Positions 17,292 through 25,500 of a stretch of 32,000 nt of DNA are shown in pieces. Numbering within the stretch: position 1 is the first letter of the stretch; the number at the start of each line of letters is the position of its first letter. The stretch is taken from assembly GCF_020969955.1 (NCBI RefSeq), contig NZ_JAHDSX010000026.1:2523-34522 (forward strand). Reading direction: 5' to 3'. This DNA comes from Allobaculum fili. GTDB lineage: Bacteria; Bacillota_I; Bacilli_A; Erysipelotrichales; Erysipelotrichaceae. The notes under the pieces were generated by a model. The model saw nothing but the letters and a program-made list of their open reading frames with translations. It had not been told where the DNA came from and made no database searches. The position numbers were made by a program, and so were the translations under genes.

Positions 17292-18233
17292 ATGACCAAA
17301 AGAAACCCAGACGTTCAGAACCGTCTGAAAAAAGAAAAAAATGCGGTGAATTTTGAGTATTATCGGATTTTTTACTGCGTCGCCAGATATTCCAGTCTGA
17401 CCAGAGCGGCTGAACATCTTTTCAGCAATCAGCCAAACGTTTCGCGCGTCATAAAATCGCTCGAACAAAGTCTTGGATGCGATCTTTTTATCCGCTTTCA
17501 TAAAGGCGTAAAACTCACCCCCGAGGGAGAACGGCTGTATGCGCATGTCAGAATTGCGATGGAACACATTCAGGCAGCCCAGAACGAACTGCAGGAAATG
17601 AGCGCGCTGCAAGCCGGCGCCGTTTCGATTGCGGCCAGCGAAGTGGCCCTTCGCTGTCTGCTCCTTCCGGTTTTAAATGCCTTTCGCTCGCGCTATCCGC
17701 AAATCCAGATTCGAATTTCTAATCATACGACGCCGCAGGCACTGTCCGCCTTAGAAAACGGATTCGCGGATCTGGCGGTCATCACCAGCCCATGCCATCC
17801 GGCCAGTCAGATCGAATGGGTCCGTCTGCGCGACTTTCAGGACTGTGCCGTCTGTTCGAAAAAACTGGCCAGATCGATCGAACAGCCGCTTTCTATTTCG
17901 GATCTGAGCCAGATGCCTCTCATTGTACTGGGCAGCGAGACGGCTACCCGGCAGTTTTACGAAGAGGTGTTTGCCCAATACGATCTGCATCTGAATCCCG
18001 ATATTGAAGTGGCGGCAACCGATCAGATTTTGCCGGTGGTGCGCAATCATCTTGGCGTCGGCTTTGTGCCGCAGGAATTTCTTAGCGAAGAGGCACAGAC
18101 GGGAGATCTCTGTACGCTCTCGCTGGTCGAAACGATTCCGCCGCGCTCCATTTATCTGGCCAGAAACCGGGATGTCCCGATGAGTCGGGCCGCCAGGGCT
18201 CTCGAAAAAATGATTCTGGATCTGCGCGAATAA
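17292..18233 (+). CDS. LysR-family transcriptional regulator
   Basis: 313 aa. The HTH region is FYCVARYSSLTRAAEHLFSNQPNVSRVIKSLE. GGGAGA RBS is present. An in-frame GTG at 17346 would give the canonical short N-terminus. Confidence 0.88.
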   Translation: MTKRNPDVQNRLKKEKNAVNFEYYRIFYCVARYSSLTRAAEHLFSNQPNVSRVIKSLEQSLGCDLFIRFHKGVKLTPEGERLYAHVRIAMEHIQAAQNELQEMSALQAGAVSIAASEVALRCLLLPVLNAFRSRYPQIQIRISNHTTPQALSALENGFADLAVITSPCHPASQIEWVRLRDFQDCAVCSKKLARSIEQPLSISDLSQMPLIVLGSETATRQFYEEVFAQYDLHLNPDIEVAATDQILPVVRNHLGVGFVPQEFLSEEAQTGDLCTLSLVETIPPRSIYLARNRDVPMSRAARALEKMILDLRE

Positions 18234-18543
18234 ACAAATATTCATGATGTGAAAAATAAAAACGAATGGATGCATTTGAACCTTCCGATTCAGTTTTTGT
18301 CTCATTTCATCAGATTTCCCAGGGATTGTGAAAAAGTTGTTCCATTAGTGTTACCATGGCCATAACTTATACCGAATCTATATAAATACACCGACAGACT
18401 GAACCAGACGGCTTGCGTTCTTTTTCGATTCGAACGTACGATTTGGATTTGTATTTGTCACAGCTTTGGATTTGGGGAAAGAAGGCAGAAGGGCAATCCT
18501 GCCGCCTTTCTGAGAAGCAAAATTATGAACAGGAGAAAAAGAG

Positions 18544-19950
18544 ATGAAACGCAGTAAAACCCTGAGCGCTGTATTGAGCGCATCGCTTTGCGCCCTGCTG
18601 CCGGCAGCTCCAATTCTGGCTGCAGAATCCGACGTGGATACGCGTCCGGCAGAAACGGTGAACCAGATTGGCTCCAGCCGCCGTGCCAGAACGAAAAACA
18701 CCTTCGAGTTTATTCGCCCGAAAACGTTTGAAAAGGAAACCCGCGAGGGCAGTGACATTCTGCTCGAACGGCTCCCGCTTTCCGAACGCAAAAAAGCCAG
18801 CTGGATCGATGACCGCACGACAGTCAGCGATACGACACAGTTTCCGTACAATGCCATCTGCAAGCTGTACATGACCTTTGAAAACGCCCATGGCGAAGAA
18901 GAATACTTTGTGGGCAGCGGCTACATGGTTTCCCCGACCGAAATGATGACATGCGCCCATTGCCTGTTTGCCCGACCGGAAGAAGGCGGCTATGGTATTG
19001 TAACCCGTCTGGTTGTGGAGCCGGCGGTCAATGGAGACTTTTATCCGTTCGCCCGCTACGATTCCGACGAGGAAGTCTCCCGCTATTCGATGCCCGCGCT
19101 GTATCAGGATCCGTCCACGAGTGAAGAAGACTCCTTCATTTACGATTTTGCGCTCGTGCAGTTTCCTTCGCCGCTGACCGACGGATCCTTTATCCGTTTG
19201 AATTCCCCATCGGGAACAGGTCCCGTTCACGTGTCCGGCTATCCTGCAGAAGTTCGAGGCGTTTCCAATGAGACAAACCAGTATGAAGACTGGGGAACCT
19301 ATTCGTACATGGACGGCCCGTTCCTGGAACATGACACATCCGCCAGCGGCGGACAGAGCGGTTCGCCAATGCTCAATCGCCGCGATGAAGCCGTAGGCGT
19401 ATACGGCTACAGCTACGAAGATCGGATCACCGGTGAACAGTCCGGAATCGGCGGCGGTGTGGCGATGACGCTGTCCGTTCTCGATTATGCGGACCATGCT
19501 TTAGAAAACGAAGACGGCACGGGGGATAACTTCATTGAAACGCCGGTTTACCGCGTATACAATCCAAACTCCGGCGAACACCTCTATACGAAGAGCGCCA
19601 ACGAAACCGCGTTCCTTTCCCGCGTCGGCTGGACGTATGAAGGGGTTGCCTGGAGAAATGCGGAAGGCGAAAATCTCACCGAAGTATACCGTCTCTACAA
19701 CCCGAATGTCGGCGACCATCATTACACGGTCGATCAGAATGAAGCCAGGTTCCTCGTTTCTGTCGGCTGGAGAAACGAAGGCGTAATCTGGAGTGCTCCG
19801 CAGGCCAGCGACGCGTTCCAGAACGTATATCGTCTGTATAACCCGAACGCAAGAACCGGCGCACACCATTTCACCACCGATCAGAACGAATACAGCTTCC
19901 TTTCCAATAACGGATGGAAAGCTGAAGGCAAAGCGTTCGACGCCAGGTAA
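18544..19950 (+). CDS. secreted trypsin-like (S1, glutamyl-endopeptidase-like) serine protease with C-terminal DUF5648-type repeats
   Basis: 468 aa. The signal peptide is MKRSKTLSAVLSASLCALLPAAPILAAE. The candidate triad contexts are TCAHC (His139), DFALV (Asp201) and GGQSGSP (Ser282). Confidence 0.8.
   Translation: MKRSKTLSAVLSASLCALLPAAPILAAESDVDTRPAETVNQIGSSRRARTKNTFEFIRPKTFEKETREGSDILLERLPLSERKKASWIDDRTTVSDTTQFPYNAICKLYMTFENAHGEEEYFVGSGYMVSPTEMMTCAHCLFARPEEGGYGIVTRLVVEPAVNGDFYPFARYDSDEEVSRYSMPALYQDPSTSEEDSFIYDFALVQFPSPLTDGSFIRLNSPSGTGPVHVSGYPAEVRGVSNETNQYEDWGTYSYMDGPFLEHDTSASGGQSGSPMLNRRDEAVGVYGYSYEDRITGEQSGIGGGVAMTLSVLDYADHALENEDGTGDNFIETPVYRVYNPNSGEHLYTKSANETAFLSRVGWTYEGVAWRNAEGENLTEVYRLYNPNVGDHHYTVDQNEARFLVSVGWRNEGVIWSAPQASDAFQNVYRLYNPNARTGAHHFTTDQNEYSFLSNNGWKAEGKAFDAR
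19543..19938 (+). repeat. three tandem protein repeats of about 40 aa (VYR(V/L)YNPN...H(L/H/F)(Y/T)T...E...(F)L...GW..EG)
   Basis: The three repeats are PVYRVYNPNSGEHLYTKSANETAFLSRVGWTYEGVAW, EVYRLYNPNVGDHHYTVDQNEARFLVSVGWRNEGVIW and NVYRLYNPNARTGAHHFTTDQNEYSFLSNNGWKAEGKAF. Confidence 0.85.
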
Positions 19951-20007
19951 GCTTTCCCAGAATTTCCGTTCTTTTCGGAAGATTCCTGCTTTCCACCCGA
20001 AAAACAG

Positions 20008-20041
20008 CGAGCTCAGACCCAGTCGGTCCGGGCTCGTTTTT
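20008..20041 (+). terminator. intrinsic terminator of the protease gene
   Basis: CGAGCTCAGACC-cagtc-GGTCCGGGCTCG pairs at 11 of 12 positions and is followed by TTTTT. Confidence 0.75.
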
Positions 20042-20238
20042 CATTCTGGAAAGAACAGCCAGTCCGACTCGTGTACGGTACCTGAGCCGCGTTTTGAAAA
20101 CCTTCCGGAATTCGGATTTCTGAGTGTTGAAAACGAGTATACGAATTCCTCTCGCTAAGATAAAAGAACAGAGCGTAATCATTTGCAGGTTCGTACTGCG
20201 GCTTTGTATAGGGGATAAGAAAGAAGCGAGATGAGAAA

Positions 20239-21180
20239 ATGATTCAGTATTTTAAAACGTCAGGATCCGGAACGCTGGAAGAAATCGATCAGCCGGTTCG
20301 CGGATGCTGGATCAGCGTAGTGAGCCCGACTCAAGTAGAAAAACAGCGCCTTCTGGATGAGTTCCTTATTCTTCCGGAGTTTTTGCGCGCGGCTTTAGAT
20401 GAAGAAGAATCGTCCTATATCGACCGTTCTGAAGACGACAATCAGACGCTGGTCATTATTGACTATCCCGAAAAGGATCAGACGACACGCAAAAGCATTG
20501 AAACGTATATCACGCTGCCGATGGGCGTCGTCCTGCTCGACAAAATGATCATGACGATTTCGACGCGGGAAAACTCGACGATTGAATCCCTGATTCAGGG
20601 AAAGGTGAAAGATCTCGATACCCGTTATAAAACGCGGTTTCTTCTGCAGCTCATCCTTCTGATTTCACAGGAGTATTTAAGCGCGCTGCGTCTGATCGAC
20701 CGCTTCAGCAACCAGACGGAACAGAAGCTGTATAAGCACATGAGTAATTCGAATCTGATCGACATGCTCGTTCTTGAAAAGAGTCTGATCTATTTTTCGA
20801 CATCCTTAAAAGCGCTCGAGCAGACGCTGCGGCGCATTCTTCGATCGCGACAGATTCCGATGTATGAATCCGATCGCGGCCTTCTCGATGATGTTCTGAT
20901 CGAGGTTAAGCAGGGCATTGAAATGTGCGAGATTTACTCGGATGTCATGGATCGCAGCGCGGACGGCTTTACCAACGTCATCAACAACAACATGAACATC
21001 ATCATGAAGCGGCTGACCGTGATCACGCTCGTCCTGTCCATCCCGAATATGGTCTACGGCTTTTACGGCATGAATGTTACAGGCCTGCCCTGGCCGATGG
21101 CCTGGGTACCGCTGCTCATTTCGATTCTTCTCTGCCTGTTTGCGTGGCTCTATTTCCGTCACAATTCCAGCTATAAATGA
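20239..21180 (+). CDS. corA: CorA-family magnesium/cobalt transporter
   Basis: 313 aa with two C-terminal TM helices and the YGMN signature (GFYGMNV). Confidence 0.9.
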   Translation: MIQYFKTSGSGTLEEIDQPVRGCWISVVSPTQVEKQRLLDEFLILPEFLRAALDEEESSYIDRSEDDNQTLVIIDYPEKDQTTRKSIETYITLPMGVVLLDKMIMTISTRENSTIESLIQGKVKDLDTRYKTRFLLQLILLISQEYLSALRLIDRFSNQTEQKLYKHMSNSNLIDMLVLEKSLIYFSTSLKALEQTLRRILRSRQIPMYESDRGLLDDVLIEVKQGIEMCEIYSDVMDRSADGFTNVINNNMNIIMKRLTVITLVLSIPNMVYGFYGMNVTGLPWPMAWVPLLISILLCLFAWLYFRHNSSYK

Positions 21181-21215
21181 GTCCGGCATTTTCATGAATT
21201 TATGCCGTTAAAAAA

Positions 21216-21237
21216 GGGAAGTCCTTCTGGGCTTCCC
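21216..21237 (+). terminator. candidate terminator after corA
   Basis: GGGAAGTCC-ttct-GGGCTTCCC is a 9-bp stem including one G.U pair. It is followed by an interrupted T-rich tract. Confidence 0.4.
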
Positions 21238-21328
21238 TTCGTGCGTTTATCGTCTTTTTCGTGGTGTGAAATCGTTCGATCCAAAGTTTCAGAGAGGGCG
21301 ATTTCTGTATCGCAACCGGACGGCTTTT

Positions 21329-22271
21329 TTACTGTGCAGCCTTTTCCATGTCCAGTTTCTGATCCTGATAGAGAGAATTCGAAAGAATTTCCGTTTTTTC
21401 CCCGGCAAACGCCTTTGCGGCGTCCAGATCGTCCTGCAGCTGCGCCATCAGCCAGGCGGTGACGTATCCGTCCGCTTTATACAGGATGTCCCCGTGCGGC
21501 GTATCGACACGGCGCATCATGACTTTCTGTCCGGGAAGTTTTGCATAAATTTCTTCAAGCTGCTCCTTGTTTACGACAGGATCATCGCCTCCGCCTGCAC
21601 CGCTGATGAGCAGAGTCGGAATAGGAACCAGAGATGGATCGTACGCCCATTCGAGATTTTCCGCCAGTTCCAGATTGGTCGGCGAAAGCGCGACGATCGT
21701 TTTGAAAACGTCATGATGAGGCTGAACGCTCGCCGCATTCATGGCGCCGACACCGCCCTGGGAATGACCGACCGCGCCGATCCGGTCGAAATCGACTTTG
21801 TGATAAAAGACGCTGTTCTGATCGCCGATCTTTTCGTTTTCGTCCAGCCGCTCCAGATGACGCAGGGCCATTTCAGCGCTACATCCATTCCACGAATACG
21901 CTTCTTCGCTGCCGATGACGATAAATCCCCAGGAGGCGTAATGTTGCGCGATCGCCGCATAACGGGAAAGCGGTACGCCCGTCCCGTTACAAAGAACGAC
22001 AACCGGCCAGGTACGATCGCTCGTTTCCAGTTCTGCGGGATAGAAAATTTCGTATTTTGAAAAGTTCTGCAGGGCGTGATCTTCCTGCTTTTTCACCGCA
22101 TACGGGCCATTTTTCATGTATTTGGATTCAATGACGCCTTCGACCTGTGCTTGAATAGTCTGCAGGAACGGCACGGCGCGTCTGCAGCCATTTAAAGCTC
22201 ATCGCAAGCACAAGGCCAAGGACGATCAGCACGATCAGGACAATCGAAAGAATTTTCCAGTAATTTCTCAT
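21329..22271 (-). pseudogene. alpha/beta-hydrolase (Ser hydrolase, GHSQGG elbow) with an out-of-frame N-terminal membrane anchor
   Basis: The hydrolase frame (21329-22174) has only a GTG start and no RBS. A 47-aa ORF at 22128-22271 (MRNYWKILSIVLIVLIVLGLVLAMSFKWLQT...) has GGAGA 5 nt upstream of its ATG and overlaps in another frame. Removing 22 nt fuses the two. Confidence 0.6.
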
Positions 22272-22445
22272 AGCTTCTCCACAATATTTTTTCCTATCCT
22301 ATCACTATCCAAAAGAGAGTCTTCTTCCATAACGAAAGAGAAAGATAAGCGGGTTTGAATGTCAATTCGTCTTTCCTCTGGCGGGAAAATATCGCCATCC
22401 TCATGATGTGTTTTTTCAGCTGTAAAGAAACGATCGCATAAGAAA

Positions 22446-22499
22446 AGCAGAGTCCGCCTTGGATAATTCCAAGAGGCATGGACTCTGCTTCATTTTTTT
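22446..22499 (-). terminator. nested-hairpin terminator downstream of the beta-helix gene
   Basis: The outer 10-bp perfect stem AGCAGAGTCC/GGACTCTGCT encloses CTTGGA-taat-TCCAAG. T-rich tracts lie on both strands. Confidence 0.65.
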
Positions 22500-22596
22500 G
22501 TTCCGAATGGAGACTTTACTTCGCCATCAGAAAAAGACAGGTCTGGGACGCAGGGATCTGCGATCCAGTCATCAGCTTTATCTGGTTTCAATCGGC

Positions 22597-25500
22597 TTAC
22601 TTCAGGCCGTCCAGCTTTTTGGAGTCGGGTGTAAAGCGAAGGGCAAGCAGGGACGCATGAAGGGCTTTGGCCTGCGCGTTGATGTGCGCCTGATCGAGCG
22701 CCTTGTTGACAAGGGCTTTAGCACTGGCAAGATCCTGCGCGAACGTGCCTTTGGATGCATCCGTTACTTCATTCAGATCAATCGTTTCAGCCGTTTTGAT
22801 CAGCAGATTGAGCTGAGTGTAGTCCAGGACAGCCGGCGTTTCGCCGAGCATGGCCAGACGCGCATTGCGGATGGCTGCGGCCGCATTGTCGATCTGCAGC
22901 TGGGTTACGGTGTTCTGGGCATTGCTCAGTACATCTTTTTTCAGCGCGGATCCGGTTTCAATTGCGGTGATCCAGGCGGCTTTCTTCGCCGCGTCGACCG
23001 AATCGAGGCGAACGTTTGGAAAGGTTTCGATTTCTGCGGTGAGCATAGTGAGATCGAGGTTCGTTGCCTGCATCTGCGGCATGGTCATTTCGAGCTTGCA
23101 GTCCGCAAAGTCCGCGTGACCGTCCCAGTTGTTGGACGGCTGCGTGGCATTGAGTGTGATCTGGGTAACGCCATCGAGCGGTACGCTGAATTCTTTAAGC
23201 GGTGTGGTACCGGTCATGGAACCCGAATTGAAGGCTTCCTTCGAGCCGGTAAGAATCTTAAAGGTGATATTGGCGTAAATCGAATTGTGCTTCGTGTAGT
23301 CGACGCCGACGGCTCCCCTGAGTGCGGAATACGTATTGGCCGGGATACTGAAGATGATGTTTGTGTTGACGTGCGATCCGATGCCTTTTTCGTATTTTCT
23401 GCCGTTCTGCTCTTCATCGCAAAGGGTAATGGCAGCTCCGCTTGAAGCCTTGTCCTTTTGAATCGTGTCGTAGCCGACGGTCGAATTTTCGGACCAGGTC
23501 AGATCGGACAGATAGGCGGCCATTTCAAAGTCCATCGTTGAAGAATGACTTTCGGTTCCGTCTTTGGAAAGCACGAACACTTTGACCTGATGGCTGTTTT
23601 CAAAGAGAGAAACGTTCAGACTTGCTGATCCGGTACCGATTATACGGCTTACTCCGTCATCGAGAATGACGGTCGCATCGGGATCCATCGCCTGCGCACG
23701 GACTTCAAAGTTCGATTTGGAAATCGTCTGGGCATACGTTTCGGCCATTGGATCAGAGACGGTTTTGCCGTCCACGCTCAGCGCGTACAGATCGGCGTTA
23801 GCGGGATCGGCGGCGTACAGTGTATACCTTTCCACGGCTCTGGAAATGCCGTCAGCGGCAAGCACTTTGACGATCAGCTCATTGACGCCCGGCTTGATCT
23901 CGCCAAGCAGCGAATGACCCTGCGCATCGAAGGCGAGTTCTTTTCCGTTGAGATACGCCTGACGGCCTGCGCCCATATACGCGGCGCTCAGTACCGCTGT
24001 GCTTTCATCGGAAACGACATTCGGTTCTTCTTTGGAAAGAACGGCATCGCCCAGTTTCACGGACGTTACCTGTGCAGTCGTATCGGGTGCGTAAAGAATA
24101 TGAACAAGTTTCTTGTCCAGGTTGATGCCGTCTTCGGCATGGCTGGCCACGATAAAGGAGTTCATGCCGGTTTTGAGCGTAACGCTGGCCGAGAGAGTTT
24201 GGCCCGCTTGTGCCGTTGCGAGCGCAGCCGGATTGAGGGCGCTGTACAGCGAAAGGGAAGCTGTATCGTCGCTTGCAGCCGAGATCGTCATCGTATTGGA
24301 CCCTGTCCAGGTCATGACGCTGTTGGCGCTGAAGGCTTCATCATTGACCTTCAGATCCTTAATGGCACAGCGGCTGTCTTTGGCCTGTTCAATGTTCAGC
24401 GTTACCGGCGTAGAACCATCCGCATTGGCAATTGTCCACTCGGTTTTGCCGGAGAGACTGAGAACGGCCGAAGCGGTCGTCTGTGCTGTACCATCCAGTT
24501 TCCATCCGGAAGCGGCGCCTTCGACGCGGATTTCGGCTTTTTCGCCGATGGCCGGAAGCGCAATCGATGCCGAATCCGGAGCAGTGCCCGAAGCGGTCCA
24601 GACGGTTTGACCATTGACCTGAATGGAGCGGATGGAAGAGGAAGCCGGCGTCGTAACGGAACATTCGGCTGTCGCTTTCGGCTCTGCGGGAATGCCCCAG
24701 GCCGACGTCAGGTAAACGGTCGCAGTAAGTTTGCCAGGCTGTGCAGGCGTATACGTCGTACTGTCGCAGAGCGTTTGCGAGAGAATCTTGCCTTCGTCGT
24801 TTTTGAGCGTCCAGAGAACCTGCGCGCTGCTCTGTCCGCCATCCGGATTGGTCGCGTCATAGCTTACGCTTACTGGACTGCCGGCTTCTGCAGTTTCTGC
24901 CGAAAGCTGTACGTTAGAAAGAACAGGTGTCGCGGCATTTCCATGTTCAAAGGAAACGGAGGTCTCCTCATTCAGATCGCTGAGAGTTGTTGTATTGGCT
25001 TTGAAGCGGAAGTCCTTGAAAGTAACAGTTTTGCCGCGGGGATTTGTATGCCAGCCCGCAAAGCCGATGCGTACGCTTTTGCCCGTTAACATCGTAGCGG
25101 AAAGATCGCGAACGGAAGTGTACGTCTTGCCGTCTGCGCTCCAGTACGTGTGTACAGTGTTTCCTTCCTTGACAAAAGCCAGCCAGGCATCGGAAAGGGC
25201 GTTCTGTGCGGCATTGTCTCCAAGCTCGGTTGCGCTGCCGCCGGTTTCCGAGACGGTCGCAATGCCGTCGTAATGGGACTTCTTGCCAAGCGAGAGGTAG
25301 TTGTCCGCGTCACCAAAGACGAGGAAGCTTGCGGTATCCCACTGTCCGCTTTCCCGAATCGGAAGACCGGTGACATGAACGGAAGTTGCAAAATTTTCCG
25401 TGTCTGCGGGGATATCGTAAAGAATCAGGTTTTTAACCGAGTTGTTTTCCTCATACAAGTCGCCCTTTTCGAGTGCGATCGTCGCTTCGGTTTCGTTCAA

